Of a stretch of 49,959 bases of DNA, positions 28,120 to 39,004 are shown piece after piece; position 1 is the first letter of the stretch, and every line of letters begins with the position of its first letter. Both the position numbers and the translations under genes were made by a program. The notes beneath the pieces are model-generated. The model was not told the DNA's origin and did no database searches. It saw only the letters and a list, made by a program, of their open reading frames with translations. The DNA is taken from the NCBI GenBank assembly GCA_019429125.1, contig JAHYJO010000011.1, positions 1-49,959 of the forward strand. Direction: 5' to 3'. The DNA comes from Nanobdellati archaeon. GTDB lineage: Archaea > EX4484-52 > GLR71.

Positions 28120-30042
28120 TCAAATCACATCAATGTCGCCCATTGAGTGTTCAATCTTTTCTTCTATTGATTTTAGAGCGTTCAATAGGTCTTTGTCTTT
28201 TGTCGCATTTTTAATCTGACCTATGCGATCAATTATCTGTCTGAATAGACGGATTGCGTCGCCCTCTAAAAGATTAGTATTATCAATTATATCAAAGATG
28301 CTCTCACCACTATAGCAGGGATAGACTAGTGCAGTCATATTTCTCATAGAATTGAATTTGTCAACTGTTGAAAGGTAATAATCTAACATTATTTTATCTT
28401 CGAGCTTGTGCACAGACGGATTGTCATACAACCTATAGAATTCGTCTTTGGGTTTTGCCTCATATGCAAGGCAGGCAACCAACAGGAATATATCATAGTC
28501 ATCAAGCGCCCTATAAAAGTCGGTGCCAAAAATCTCGCCGGTCGCAATCTCTTCGGAATATATCCGTGTTGTGAAAATGCCTTTAAGAGTCAATGTGTTA
28601 TCATCTATATAGCTCAGTTTCTCAAGTTCTTTTTTGATGTTGTTGAAGTTACGGTAGATGACGGCGGTCTTCTCAGTATCAAAACGGTTGCCATATTTTT
28701 GATAGGTATTGAAATTCTTGCACAATATATGATTTATCTCGTCAGGATTGTGTTGCCTAACTAGATTCAATACTGTGTTTACTGAAAGCCTAAACTGCGA
28801 TTTTATCGGCTCGGTATCATCAGTTGTCATATTTTTAAGTATTTCATAATTAAAGTCGCGCTGATCTACAATTGCATAGGCAAAACCTTGTTTGTCAATG
28901 CCACGGCGTCCCGCACGGCCTGCAATCTGGAAATATTCTTTTGAATTGAGATACCTGAAAGTTACACCGTCAAATTTCATCATAGAATCAAAGCATACGC
29001 TTTTTGCAGGCATATTAATACCTACTGCAAATGTTTCTGTCGTGTAGAGAACCTTGATTAGGCCTATTGAAAAAAGTTCCTCAACAAGCTCTTTGATTAT
29101 AGGTAAGAGTCCTGCGTGATGGAATGCAATCCCGTAAGGAAGTACATTTCTTAGATCTTGTGTAGATTTCAGATTATTTATTTCTTGTGGCGCAGCACTT
29201 AATTTTTTACGAACATAAGACGTTATCTCACTGTTTGTCTTGAACATGTCTGATTTTGAAAGTTCTAATGCGTTCTTCTGGCATTTCTGTCGGGAAAAAG
29301 TGAAAAAGAAACATGGTAATTTGTCTTTGATCTGAGATATGAGTTCTATGTGTGTCTTTATTTGATATATTTTCTTTTTTTGTGGTATTCTGAAACCTTT
29401 ATTGAATATTTTGTGCTTTCGTCTGTTTGCTTTTATGTCATCAAGTGTGGCAATGCCTAGTTCGCTGTCAAAAAAAGTCCGATGCAAAGGAACTGGGCGC
29501 ACGTCATTTATTATAGTATCAACCGTGTGGCCTTTTATGGCTTCAATCCAGTCCGCAAACTCGCGCGCGTTAGGAATCGTTGCTGAAAGGCAGAGCATGC
29601 GCACATTCTCGGCTGAAAACATTATGGACTCTTCCCAGACGTAACCGCGCTCGATATCATTTATGAAATGTATCTCGTCAAATATTACATAAGCTAAATT
29701 TTTCAATGCTGCATCTTTTATAATTGCCATGTTACGGTAAATCTCGGTTGTCATGATGACAATTGGCGCATTTGGATTTATTGTGATGTCACCAGTTATC
29801 AGACCAACACGTTCCTTGCCATATTCTTTTGAGAATTCTTTGTACTTCTGGTTTGACAGAGCTTTTATGGGGGCTGTGTAGATTACAGTTATGCCTTTAC
29901 CTATATATTTGTCTATTATGTAATCGGCGATAAGAGTCTTGCCTGAACCTGTGGGCGCAGAAACTACAACAGAATGATTATTATCGATTGAATCTATTGC
30001 ATCTACCTGAAACTTGTCCAATGTCAGACCTTTATAGTCCAT
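28120..30042 (-). CDS. Ski2/HelY-like DEAD/DEAH-box RNA helicase
   Basis: APTGSGKT, PIKALSNQK, MTTEIYRN, DEIH, LSAT, HHAGLLP, TETFAVGINMPA, QIAGRAGRRG and DSHCT-like EGDAIR; start set at MDYKGL. Confidence 0.95.
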   Translation of the reverse strand: MDYKGLTLDKFQVDAIDSIDNNHSVVVSAPTGSGKTLIADYIIDKYIGKGITVIYTAPIKALSNQKYKEFSKEYGKERVGLITGDITINPNAPIVIMTTEIYRNMAIIKDAALKNLAYVIFDEIHFINDIERGYVWEESIMFSAENVRMLCLSATIPNAREFADWIEAIKGHTVDTIINDVRPVPLHRTFFDSELGIATLDDIKANRRKHKIFNKGFRIPQKKKIYQIKTHIELISQIKDKLPCFFFTFSRQKCQKNALELSKSDMFKTNSEITSYVRKKLSAAPQEINNLKSTQDLRNVLPYGIAFHHAGLLPIIKELVEELFSIGLIKVLYTTETFAVGINMPAKSVCFDSMMKFDGVTFRYLNSKEYFQIAGRAGRRGIDKQGFAYAIVDQRDFNYEILKNMTTDDTEPIKSQFRLSVNTVLNLVRQHNPDEINHILCKNFNTYQKYGNRFDTEKTAVIYRNFNNIKKELEKLSYIDDNTLTLKGIFTTRIYSEEIATGEIFGTDFYRALDDYDIFLLVACLAYEAKPKDEFYRLYDNPSVHKLEDKIMLDYYLSTVDKFNSMRNMTALVYPCYSGESIFDIIDNTNLLEGDAIRLFRQIIDRIGQIKNATKDKDLLNALKSIEEKIEHSMGDIDVI

Positions 30043-30129
30043 AGTAATATTTCGGTGAAAGACACATATAAAGGAGTAGTGTTTGACAATATTCAAAATT
30101 AAAAAAATTGTTTAAGAATTAGTCCTAAA

Positions 30130-30744
30130 TCAAGACTTAATCTTCTTTAGCCGGAAGACGTTTTCTCGCTCCATCTCTTCAAGACGCAGTTTGATGAAGG
30201 CTTCTTGTTCTTTCATCTCAGGGATTGCTTTAAACTCTAGCGCATTTACACGGCGCTTGGTCTTTTCAATCTCTTCAATTAGGCGCCGGACAGATGTCTC
30301 AACTTCGGCTGCAAGGATAATTTTCTGAACTACTTGTTCATAACCGTTTGTTGCTTCATTTATGTAAGGTGAACATTTTACTCGGCCGTAACCACGCTCA
30401 AAAATTGATTTTCTGACGCTGTCTGAACTTATCTTTGGGACAACCACACCCATTATGTTTTTTGTATCTAGAGTTATTACTGGCTTGTCTTTTAGTGCGG
30501 TGGCTGCTGAAATTAAAGCCGTCTTTCCATCAATTGCTTGCGCAATATCTACGTCAGTCTTGGCTTTTGCATAGATCTCATTAAGCTCGGTACGGATGGT
30601 CTTTGCTTTCTTTAAAATCTCAAAAAAATCTAGGATTAGACCGTCTCTTTTTTTCTTGAGAAGATTGTGGCCTGATTTTGCAAGCCGTATCTTCTGCTTA
30701 AGCTTCATCAATTCTGACCTTGTTGGTTTTACTTCAGATGCCAT
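30130..30744 (-). CDS. atpD: A/V-type ATP synthase subunit D
   Basis: VKPTRSEL, GHNLLKKKRDGL and EIEKTKRRVNALE. Confidence 0.98.
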   Translation of the reverse strand: MASEVKPTRSELMKLKQKIRLAKSGHNLLKKKRDGLILDFFEILKKAKTIRTELNEIYAKAKTDVDIAQAIDGKTALISAATALKDKPVITLDTKNIMGVVVPKISSDSVRKSIFERGYGRVKCSPYINEATNGYEQVVQKIILAAEVETSVRRLIEEIEKTKRRVNALEFKAIPEMKEQEAFIKLRLEEMERENVFRLKKIKS

Positions 30745-30760
30745 AGTTTGTCACCAATAT

Positions 30761-32182
30761 TTAAGACTTGTCTTTGTTACCTTCTTTGCCATCTTTTTCG
30801 TTTCCGGATTTAAGATATTTCTCTTTCAAGTCTTTGCTGATTCTTCCAAGCTCATCTTTTGGTATGTTTGAAAGAAGGTCCCATGAAAGTTTAAGTGTCT
30901 CCTCAATAGTCCTGTCTTCATACAATGACTGCTTTACAAATTGGTTCTCAAACTGTTCTGCAAACCTTAAAAGACGCCTGTCTTTTTCTGAAAGCGCTTC
31001 TTCACCGACGATAGCTACAAGACCTCGCAAGTCACGGCCCTCAGCATAGTTTGCATAAAGTTGGTCTGATACTTGCTTGTGGTCTTCCCTTGTTTTTCCT
31101 TTACCAATACCTGAATTCATAAGTCTTGATAGTGATGGTAATACATCTACAGGCGGATAGTTACCTTTCCTGTGAAGCTCACGAGATAGCACAATCTGGC
31201 CTTCAGTTATGTATCCTGTAAGGTCTGGAATTGGGTGTGTTATGTCATCACCTACCATAGTCAATATTGGGATCTGTGTTACTGAACCTTTCTTCCCTTT
31301 GATGATACCTGCACGTTCATAGATCATTGCAAGGTCTGTGTACATGTAACCGGGGTATCCTCGTCGTCCAGGTACTTCTTCTCTTGCAGCACCTATTTCT
31401 CTTAAGGATTCACAGTAGTTTGTCATATCTGTCAATATGACTAAAACATGCATGCCTTTTTCATAAGCTAAATATTCAGCTGCTGTCAATGCCATCCTTG
31501 GAGTTACAAGTCGTTCTACTGCTGGGTCATCTGCAAGATTTAAAAATACTGTTGCGTGTTCAAGAGCACCAGTCTGTTCAAAATCGTCAATAAACTTCTG
31601 TGCATCCTCATTTGTGATACCCATTGCTGCAAAGACTACAGCAAAGTCGCCTTTTTGACCTAATACTTTCGCCTGTCTTGCAATCTGCAATGCTATATCA
31701 TTGTGAGGAAGACCTGAAGCTGAAAATATTGGCAGTTTCTGACCACGGACTAGTGTGTTCATTAAGTCTATTGTTGAAATACCAGTTTGTATGAAATCTG
31801 CAGGGGACTGTCTTGCGTAAGGGTTTATTGCCGCACCTAGGATATCCATCTGTTTTTCTGGTATTATCTCTGAACCGCCATCTATTGGTTTACCTGCACC
31901 GTTAAATATACGTCCTAAGATTTCTTGAGATACTGGCAGGCTGATTGTCTCACCAAGGAAACGTACAGATGACTGCTGGTCAATACCACTTGTGCCTTCA
32001 AATATCTGAACGACTACCATATCATCTGAAGTATCCAGTACCTGACCATTTTTTGTTTCGCCAGATGAAAGCATGACCTTTACAACTTCACCATAACTTA
32101 CAGGGTGAGTCTTTTCTACAAATACTAAAGGTCCTGCAATTCTTTTGATTGTCTTATAATCTTTCATCTTAAACACCATCAT
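30761..32182 (-). CDS. atpB: A/V-type ATP synthase subunit B
   Basis: [25 protein letters not shown] and [19 protein letters not shown]; start may be MKDYKT at 32167. Confidence 0.98.
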   Translation of the reverse strand: MMVFKMKDYKTIKRIAGPLVFVEKTHPVSYGEVVKVMLSSGETKNGQVLDTSDDMVVVQIFEGTSGIDQQSSVRFLGETISLPVSQEILGRIFNGAGKPIDGGSEIIPEKQMDILGAAINPYARQSPADFIQTGISTIDLMNTLVRGQKLPIFSASGLPHNDIALQIARQAKVLGQKGDFAVVFAAMGITNEDAQKFIDDFEQTGALEHATVFLNLADDPAVERLVTPRMALTAAEYLAYEKGMHVLVILTDMTNYCESLREIGAAREEVPGRRGYPGYMYTDLAMIYERAGIIKGKKGSVTQIPILTMVGDDITHPIPDLTGYITEGQIVLSRELHRKGNYPPVDVLPSLSRLMNSGIGKGKTREDHKQVSDQLYANYAEGRDLRGLVAIVGEEALSEKDRRLLRFAEQFENQFVKQSLYEDRTIEETLKLSWDLLSNIPKDELGRISKDLKEKYLKSGNEKDGKEGNKDKS

Positions 32183-33963
32183 TCAAGGTTATCAAATTCC
32201 TTGTCCATATCTTTTGTTATCTTATCCAAAAGTCCATTATAATCTTTCTCAAACTTGACATCAGCAATCATGTTTTTTGATTTCATCAAAATGATTGATG
32301 TTGCTGGAATGCCATTATCCAATGCCTCCACGGCACGGGATGCGAAATGAAGTATTATCTCCATAAGTCTGCATGTCTTTTTTGTGTCACAGTATGTGTC
32401 AACGTCGTGGAATGCATTCTGCTGCAGGAAATATTCTCTTATCATCCTTCCAACTTCAAGTGTGACTTGTTGTTTTTCTGGTAATGCATCTGAACCTACA
32501 AGCTGGACAATTTCCTGAAGTTTTTCTTCTTCTTGTAAAATTACCATGAATTCAGATACTAATTCTGGCCATTTAGGTGATACATTTTCTGCAAACCAGG
32601 GGTTCAATGTATTGTTATAAAGACTGTACGAAGTCAACCAGTTTATTGAAGGGAAATGTCTTCTTTGAGCCAGTTTTGCATCAAGTGCCCAGAACGATTT
32701 TGTGACACGCAATGTGTTTTGTGTGACAGGTTCTGAAAAGTCTCCACCAGGTGGCGATACTGCACCGATTATTGTTACTGAACCATCTTTGTCAGTTCCT
32801 AGTGGTGTGACTCGTCCTGCTCGCTCATAAAACTCTGCAAGTCTTGTTGACAGGTATGCTGGGTAACCTTCTTCACCGGGCATCTCTTCTAGACGTGAGG
32901 AGATTTCACGCATAGCTTCAGCCCAACGTGATGTTGAGTCAGCCATCAATGCTACTGAATATCCCATATCACGGTAATATTCTGCGATTGTGATTCCTGT
33001 GTAGATTGAAGCCTCTCTTGCTGCAACTGGCATGTTGGATGTGTTTGCAATCAAAACTGTTCGGTTCATAAGAGCCTTTCCAGTCTTTGGGTCAATCAGG
33101 TGAGGGAATTCAGTCAATACTTCTGTCATCTCATTGCCTCTTTCACCGCAACCAATATATACTATTATGTCTGCATCAGACCATTTTGCTAGAGCTTGCT
33201 GAGTTACTGTCTTTCCTGCACCGAAAGGTCCAGGGATTGCTGCTGCACCACCTTTTGCAAGAGGGAAGAGTGCATCTAAAACTCGCTGACCTGTAATTAA
33301 TGGTATGCTTGGTAGTAGTTTTTTTCGGGATTTTCTAGGGATTCGGATTGGCCATTTATTTGCAAGCTTTAATTGTTTTCTATCCTCTAAAGTGCCTATC
33401 ACTTCTGTAACATTATATTTTCCAGATTTTATGTCTTTTATTTTTGTCTCTTCGAAATTAGAAGGTATCATGATACTGTGCACTACAGTTTCACTTTCTT
33501 GTACTGTACCTATTATGTCTCCACCTTTTACAGTGTCGCCTTTTTTTACAGTTGCATTGAATTCCCATATTTTCTTAAGGTCAAGACCTGAAGCTGTGAC
33601 ACCACGAGTTATGAAGTCACCCATGCTTTCCATGATGACTGGAAGCGGTCTCTGGATACCATCGTAAATGGATCTCAAAAGTCCTGGACCTAGATAAACA
33701 GTTAATGGCGCACCTGTCGTGACTACGGGTTCACCAGGCATTAAGCCTGTTGTATCTTCATAGACTTGGATGACACTCTTGTCACCATCAATCTGTATGA
33801 CTTCGCCCATAAGAGCTTCGTTACCTACATGGACCACATCATACATCTTTGCAGAGATGCCTTTTGCTACAACAACGGGTCCTGCAATCCTGTAAATCTT
33901 ACCATCTGTCTTAGAGATATCTTTCTTGTCTGTCTGTTTGTCCAATACTTTTTTTGCAACCAT
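32179..33963 (-). CDS. atpA: A/V-type ATP synthase subunit A (no intein)
   Basis: [31 protein letters not shown] and DSTSRWAEA; start at ATG 33963 after AGGTGA. Confidence 0.98.
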   Translation of the reverse strand: MVAKKVLDKQTDKKDISKTDGKIYRIAGPVVVAKGISAKMYDVVHVGNEALMGEVIQIDGDKSVIQVYEDTTGLMPGEPVVTTGAPLTVYLGPGLLRSIYDGIQRPLPVIMESMGDFITRGVTASGLDLKKIWEFNATVKKGDTVKGGDIIGTVQESETVVHSIMIPSNFEETKIKDIKSGKYNVTEVIGTLEDRKQLKLANKWPIRIPRKSRKKLLPSIPLITGQRVLDALFPLAKGGAAAIPGPFGAGKTVTQQALAKWSDADIIVYIGCGERGNEMTEVLTEFPHLIDPKTGKALMNRTVLIANTSNMPVAAREASIYTGITIAEYYRDMGYSVALMADSTSRWAEAMREISSRLEEMPGEEGYPAYLSTRLAEFYERAGRVTPLGTDKDGSVTIIGAVSPPGGDFSEPVTQNTLRVTKSFWALDAKLAQRRHFPSINWLTSYSLYNNTLNPWFAENVSPKWPELVSEFMVILQEEEKLQEIVQLVGSDALPEKQQVTLEVGRMIREYFLQQNAFHDVDTYCDTKKTCRLMEIILHFASRAVEALDNGIPATSIILMKSKNMIADVKFEKDYNGLLDKITKDMDKEFDNLE

Positions 33964-34000
33964 ATCACAAATCACCTAAACTTCAATATTATTAATTGTT

Positions 34001-34170
34001 TTATCTGTTATCATTATCTGTTATCATTATCTGTTATCATTATCTGTTATCATTATCTGTTATCATTATCTGTTATCATTATCTGTTATCATTATCGGTT
34101 ATCATTATCGGTTATCATTATCTGTTATATTGTTGTATCTATTATCATTATCTGTTATTGTTGTATCATA
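34001..34170. repeat. 13-bp tandem array TTATCTGTTATCA between atpF and atpA
   Basis: Seven perfect units (34001-34091), two units with T>G (34092-34117), then degenerate partial units. Confidence 0.97.
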
Positions 34171-34188
34171 ATTTTAACAGCAATATTA

Positions 34189-34500
34189 TCATTCTTTGTT
34201 CCAGACATCTACACCGATTGCTTTTTTTATTTGTTTTCTTAGGCGATCGTCGGATGTTGTCTCTTCACTGACCATAACTGTTACTGGCCTTACCGAACTG
34301 TCAAAATTGTCTTGCAACCGTTGAGGTAACGCTTCAACTGTTGCTTTGTGCATGATAAGGATGCCTATGTTTTTGTTCTTTAGGGCTTCAGACAATTTAG
34401 TTGCGACATCATTATCGTCTGCAACTATTGTGTCTTTAATCCCTGCAAGCTCAAAACCTATGATAAAATCTGGTTTTCCTAAAACTACTATGTCTGGCAT
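34189..34500 (-). CDS. atpF: A/V-type ATP synthase subunit F
   Basis: IVVLGKPDFIIGFELAGI ... LRKQIKKAIGVDV. Confidence 0.95.
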   Translation of the reverse strand: MPDIVVLGKPDFIIGFELAGIKDTIVADDNDVATKLSEALKNKNIGILIMHKATVEALPQRLQDNFDSSVRPVTVMVSEETTSDDRLRKQIKKAIGVDVWNKE

Positions 34501-34530
34501 AAATATCACATGTATTATAATATTACAATA

Positions 34531-35628
34531 TTAAATTATCAAGTTTTCCTCAATGAACTTTTCTGGTAGGTTGAGTGATTTTGAGCGAGATATAAGCTTA
34601 AGGTTTCTTATCTCTACCTCTTTTGCAAGTATGTATCCTAATACTGGCGCTATCGTAAGTGGATGCTTGTGCAATAACAGGAATGCTTTTTTCATTAGTT
34701 TCTTGTCAAGTCCGCGACGGATAACCTTAAGAGATCCTTTTAGAGCTTCATCAATTCCTGATTTAATTTCAACTGAATATGAGGTTTTATTTATTAGGAT
34801 ATCGAGTGCGCCTTCAATGTCTTTTGCAGATGCTGCGGATTCAAGGACAGGTAATGATATGTCTGCAGCAGGGGTTATTAATAGTTGCATGATATCTTTT
34901 TTTTCAAGACCTTCATTTTTCATGATAAGCAATGTGTTGATGTTTAAAATATCTATCTCATTCCTTAAGAATGTCTTGAATTCAGATGCATGTTTTGGAA
35001 GTTTATCAGCTATACACATAAGGTATCTGTAATAGTTTATGTCAAGCCAGTTCTCAACAGATGCCAGAGTTAAGTCATCACCTTTAGGTTTGGGTATTGA
35101 TGATGTTGCGTGGGGTAAAATATTTTGGAACATTGGGTCTTCAACGATGTCAGATATTGTCTTTTTCTTTAGCAAATCTAATAGGTTTTTCTTATTTACG
35201 TTGCAACCAGACATTAATCTTAAAGATATCTCATCTTTGGGTATCTCTGAATTTAGACACCTAAGTATTGTTTTTATGTTTTCTATATCAATCCTTAACA
35301 TATATTTTTGTATCAATTCTTTTGTGTCGCCCTTTGAAAGGTGTATCACTTTCTGAAAACATTTTGAGGCATTATTGTTTAAAGCAACCTCAATTAAGTC
35401 AGCACCTGCGTATCTTACTGCAAACTCATCTATTTGGGCTTTGTATTCACCCTCTTCTAAGAAATGAGATATTTCAGCAGAGGTCATCTTTAACAATCTA
35501 TGATATTGATCTTTGGAAATTAGTTTTGAAGACATGACACGGACTCTTGTATTTAAGTAAGGGTCTCTGTGTAGTTTCAATTTATCTATAGTTATTGTCT
35601 TGTCTTTTTTCATCTTAACCAAAACCAT
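34531..35628 (-). CDS. atpC: A/V-type ATP synthase subunit C
   Basis: PYLNTRVRVMSSKL, DIENIKTILR and YILAKEVEIRNL; operon position. Confidence 0.95.
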   Translation of the reverse strand: MVLVKMKKDKTITIDKLKLHRDPYLNTRVRVMSSKLISKDQYHRLLKMTSAEISHFLEEGEYKAQIDEFAVRYAGADLIEVALNNNASKCFQKVIHLSKGDTKELIQKYMLRIDIENIKTILRCLNSEIPKDEISLRLMSGCNVNKKNLLDLLKKKTISDIVEDPMFQNILPHATSSIPKPKGDDLTLASVENWLDINYYRYLMCIADKLPKHASEFKTFLRNEIDILNINTLLIMKNEGLEKKDIMQLLITPAADISLPVLESAASAKDIEGALDILINKTSYSVEIKSGIDEALKGSLKVIRRGLDKKLMKKAFLLLHKHPLTIAPVLGYILAKEVEIRNLKLISRSKSLNLPEKFIEENLII

Positions 35629-35650
35629 ATATTATATATCTAACATCTAT

Positions 35651-36211
35651 CTAGTTGAAAAGTATATCTGCTACAGATTTCAATGTGTCTTTTCTTATAG
35701 TCTCTAAAAGCAGGTCAAATGAATTGTCAATACGGACAGTACCATCACTATTTTCTATTATGATGCCACCTAACATGTCTTTTTCTGAGACAACCATATC
35801 TTTTGCAAAAGGTTTTACAAGTGACAGGTCATTTTTGTTGACATAGACTCTTTTTGCATCAGGCATCTGTTCCAAAGCTTCATACATAAGTTTTTGTAGC
35901 AGGGTCTTTCTTGTGTCTGCATCAAAATCAGTAATCTTTAATTTAACAGCTGCATAAGTCTTGTCAATTATGTCTTTTTTTGCATCAAGTAATGGTCTCT
36001 TGACCGCAAGACTAGCTGATGCAAGTTCTTTTTTGTCCAATGTTACAATTTGCGCTTCAGTCTTTGCTTTAGCTACATTAATCAATTCTTCTGATTTTTT
36101 CTTTGCGTCAGTAAGAATGACTTCCGCCGTTGCCTTTGTCTCAGCTTCAAGATTTTTTATCCTGTCTTCTACATCTGCTAAAATCTGTCCGGATACGTTC
36201 TCTAAACTCAT
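35651..36211 (-). CDS. atpE: A/V-type ATP synthase subunit E
   Basis: MSLENV..QIL coiled coil and LGGIIIENSDGTVRIDNSFD. Confidence 0.95.
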   Translation of the reverse strand: MSLENVSGQILADVEDRIKNLEAETKATAEVILTDAKKKSEELINVAKAKTEAQIVTLDKKELASASLAVKRPLLDAKKDIIDKTYAAVKLKITDFDADTRKTLLQKLMYEALEQMPDAKRVYVNKNDLSLVKPFAKDMVVSEKDMLGGIIIENSDGTVRIDNSFDLLLETIRKDTLKSVADILFN

Positions 36212-36296
36212 TAAAATCATCCCTTTTAATATTAAAACTAATGATGGTCCTTAAGACCATCAATCAATTGCAAATCTTATACTTATCAATCCGTAA

Positions 36297-36509
36297 TCAA
36301 GCACCAAGAATCATGTACGAAATAACGAAACCAAAAAGCACAATTGTCTCTGGAAGCACAGTCATGATTAGACCTTTTACGAATAAGTCTTCGTTCTCTG
36401 CAATTGCACCGACGGCTGCGGTGCCAATCTCTTTCTCTGCAATAGCTGCTGCAATGGCTGAAAGACCAATCGCGAGCGCTGCTGCAATAGCTGTTATAGG
36501 TTCTACCAT
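36297..36509 (-). CDS. atpK: A/V-type ATP synthase proteolipid subunit K(c), single hairpin
   Basis: AEKEIGTAAVGAIAE ... LIMTVLPETIVLFG with the ion-carrying Glu. Confidence 0.97.
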   Translation of the reverse strand: MVEPITAIAAALAIGLSAIAAAIAEKEIGTAAVGAIAENEDLFVKGLIMTVLPETIVLFGFVISYMILGA

Positions 36510-36558
36510 ATTTTTCACCATTTTATTTAGTTATTTTTTAAATTAAATTAAATATCAT

Positions 36559-36590
36559 ATTTAGTATCTATTTAGTATCTATTTAGTATA
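36559..36590. repeat. 11-bp tandem repeat ATTTAGTATCT (about 3 units) between atpI and atpK
   Basis: Read directly. Confidence 0.8.
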
Positions 36591-36596
36591 TATCAC

Positions 36597-38450
36597 TCAA
36601 GCGCGTCTTCCAAACGGCATATACTTCTGACCGCCACCCTGATAAAATTTCATGAAAAATTCTACATAATGAAGTCTCATAGAATGGATGAAAGGAGAGA
36701 GGAAACCAAGGAAGATTGCAATTGAGTGTCCGGCAACAAGGATAATTGTTCCCATAACCAGACCAATTCCACCTGAGCTAAATGCCATGCCTGCCATCTC
36801 GTTAACCACTAATGCCAAGATTGCTGAAGCCAGACCTACTGCCATAAGACGTGAGTAGGATAGTATGTTTGCAACTATTGATGGCAGTTCAAACAGACCT
36901 TTTAGACCTTCACCAATAGTTATCATTATTACTGACACAAGCAGGATTGCCACACCAGCGGTCATGTTCCCTAAAGCTAACAAGACTCCGCCTGCCTGAA
37001 GGAACATCCAGCTTGCTTTTTCAAGGATTGCAGCTTTCAGTCCGTGCGCTTTTAGCATGTTATAAAAACCAATCATAAGACCCATGTTGACATGGACAAT
37101 ACCCATACCTATGGATAAATTAAGAAGAGTTATCGGATGATTGAGCCTGTGAAGTATTGGTGTCATCTCATAACCTAATATATGTTCTGCACCGAAAAAT
37201 TCACCGAAGACGATACCGAATACCGCTGTCATAAATGAGGCGAACATTAATACTGAAAGGACTGATCTTATCTCGTCACCTTTTGCTTTCATACGTATTA
37301 TGAAAAATAATGCTAATGTCAGAAGACCATAACCTAGGTCACCTAACATAAAACCAAAAAATAATGGGAATGTTAAGAACATGAAAAATGTAGGGTCAAT
37401 CTCGCGGTATGATGGACGTGAATATAAGTTAATCAGGAACTCAAACGGTTTTACTCCTTTTGGATTTTTTAGTTCTATTGGTGCACCATCTTCTGCTTTT
37501 CTAGACTTTATATAAATTTTTTCGTCTGTTTTTTTTCTGAGCTCGGATTCCATTGACTTAAAATCTTCTTGTGGAACCCAGCCCTCAATGACGAAAGCAT
37601 TTTTACTTTCTGCAAATCTCAGAGGTGCTTCCCCTACCTCAATGTCACGTGAAAAATTGGATTCGTTGTCTATTATGAAAGATGAATATTTATCACCTAA
37701 AGCATTCATCTCACTTTTTATCTTATTTTTTTCAGCTGTCAGGTGCTCATATTCATCTGAAATCGTTTTTAAGACATTTTCGGATTTCCCTTCAAACTCT
37801 TCCAGACATCTTAAGTTTATCTGAACAAAACCATTGTTTGAAAGAAGAGAGGATGTCGCATCAGTCTTGTCTTTTACCACAAAGAGGGCAATCACTTGTC
37901 TGCCTAAATAGTTAGCATGGAACATCTCTGTGTTTTCTGTAATTAATAATAATTCTTTTTTGAATTTAGATATGTCTATATTTTTGGGCAGATAACCGAC
38001 CTTGTAAGAGAGACTATCATATTGAGTAAACACTTTCCAATCAAGACCTAAACTTGATATAGGTGCTACTATATCTTCTTTTGCTTTAAGGAGTGATAAG
38101 GAATCATTAATATATTTTATCTTGTCTATAGATTCTACAATTTGCACATCTATTTTATTTATCTGTTCAGATATAGCTTTTTGATTTGGTTTGTCAATAG
38201 ATACTACTTTATTGCCTTTACTTTTGATAATGTTCAAATGTTTTTTTATAGAACGAAGTTTGATTATGTCTTCAGAGAGATTAGATGCTTTTTTGGTAGG
38301 TGTACCAATATCTAAAACGGTTTCATCAGAAGGTTTTGTATAATCATCAATGTGTAAAATACCTTTATCATAAAAAAATGAGACAGCTGTAGCCATTATG
38401 CTCTTTGGTCCTGCAACGGTCACTTTGCACATCTTTTTTGGTTTAAGCAA
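36597..38450 (-). CDS. atpI: A/V-type ATP synthase subunit I(a)
   Basis: P.Y.EIDPT, FFGFMLGDLGYG, LSYSRLMA (essential Arg) and HSMRLHYVEFF; TTG start. Confidence 0.97.
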   Translation of the reverse strand: MLKPKKMCKVTVAGPKSIMATAVSFFYDKGILHIDDYTKPSDETVLDIGTPTKKASNLSEDIIKLRSIKKHLNIIKSKGNKVVSIDKPNQKAISEQINKIDVQIVESIDKIKYINDSLSLLKAKEDIVAPISSLGLDWKVFTQYDSLSYKVGYLPKNIDISKFKKELLLITENTEMFHANYLGRQVIALFVVKDKTDATSSLLSNNGFVQINLRCLEEFEGKSENVLKTISDEYEHLTAEKNKIKSEMNALGDKYSSFIIDNESNFSRDIEVGEAPLRFAESKNAFVIEGWVPQEDFKSMESELRKKTDEKIYIKSRKAEDGAPIELKNPKGVKPFEFLINLYSRPSYREIDPTFFMFLTFPLFFGFMLGDLGYGLLTLALFFIIRMKAKGDEIRSVLSVLMFASFMTAVFGIVFGEFFGAEHILGYEMTPILHRLNHPITLLNLSIGMGIVHVNMGLMIGFYNMLKAHGLKAAILEKASWMFLQAGGVLLALGNMTAGVAILLVSVIMITIGEGLKGLFELPSIVANILSYSRLMAVGLASAILALVVNEMAGMAFSSGGIGLVMGTIILVAGHSIAIFLGFLSPFIHSMRLHYVEFFMKFYQGGGQKYMPFGRRA

Positions 38451-38490
38451 TTATATCACACACCGATTGTATCATTTATTTTGAGATTAT

Positions 38491-38835
38491 TCAAGCGTTA
38501 TTTTTATTTATTGTATTAAGAAATTCTGAGATTATATAATCTGTTGCTTTTTTAATGTTTTTTTCTGATTTCTTTACAAAAGCAGATGTCTCTTTATTGC
38601 TTATATTAAATGCATTTTCTCTTTTTTCTAAGATAAGTCTTTTTGCGTCATCAAGCATCTGTTTTGAAGTCTCTTCAGCTTCTTCTTTTGCATCATCAAT
38701 CCAGCTTGTTGCCATCTGTCTCGCTTTTGCTAGTGTCTTCTCTTGCTTTTCAGAAGCATCTTTTTCAAGTTGCGACGCTTTCTTCTCAACTTTTTTTATC
38801 TCAAGCAGTATATCTGCATTAGCTGTATCGGACAT
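38491..38835 (-). CDS. atpH: A/V-type ATP synthase subunit H(G)
   Basis: ILLEIKKVEKKA coiled coil; first gene of the canonical HIKECFABD order. Confidence 0.85.
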   Translation of the reverse strand: MSDTANADILLEIKKVEKKASQLEKDASEKQEKTLAKARQMATSWIDDAKEEAEETSKQMLDDAKRLILEKRENAFNISNKETSAFVKKSEKNIKKATDYIISEFLNTINKNNA

Positions 38836-38940
38836 AAAAATCATCACCAAATATATCTCTCAATTTTTCTTTAGGTGTCCAGAACGTATATATAGGATTA
38901 TGGTATGGACTATAATAGTTATAGGGTAAGGTTAATAAAG

Positions 38941-38987
38941 ATAATCTATATAATCACTATATATCTATATAGATTTATATAGATTAT
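38941..38987. promoter_or_regulatory. Operator-like inverted repeat in the divergent atpH/regulator promoter
   Basis: ATAATCTATATAA-N21-TTATATAGATTAT (perfect 13-bp arms) enclosing the palindrome ATCTATATAGAT (38963-38974). Confidence 0.55.
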
Positions 38988-39004
38988 TTTTGAAATAATG
39001 GTGT

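Noticed and set aside
28120-30042. Helicase as part of an antiviral defence system
   Set aside because: Stand-alone Ski2/HelY-like gene with no nuclease or other defence partner recognisable nearby.
32179-33963. Intein in AtpA
   Set aside because: Normal length; the Walker A and downstream motifs are uninterrupted.
34001-34170. CRISPR array
   Set aside because: Units are 13 bp and contiguous, with no spacers and no cas genes.
33766-34271. Plus-strand ORFs with CYHYLLSLSVIII repeats
   Set aside because: By-products of the 13-bp array; antisense to and overlapping atpA and atpF.
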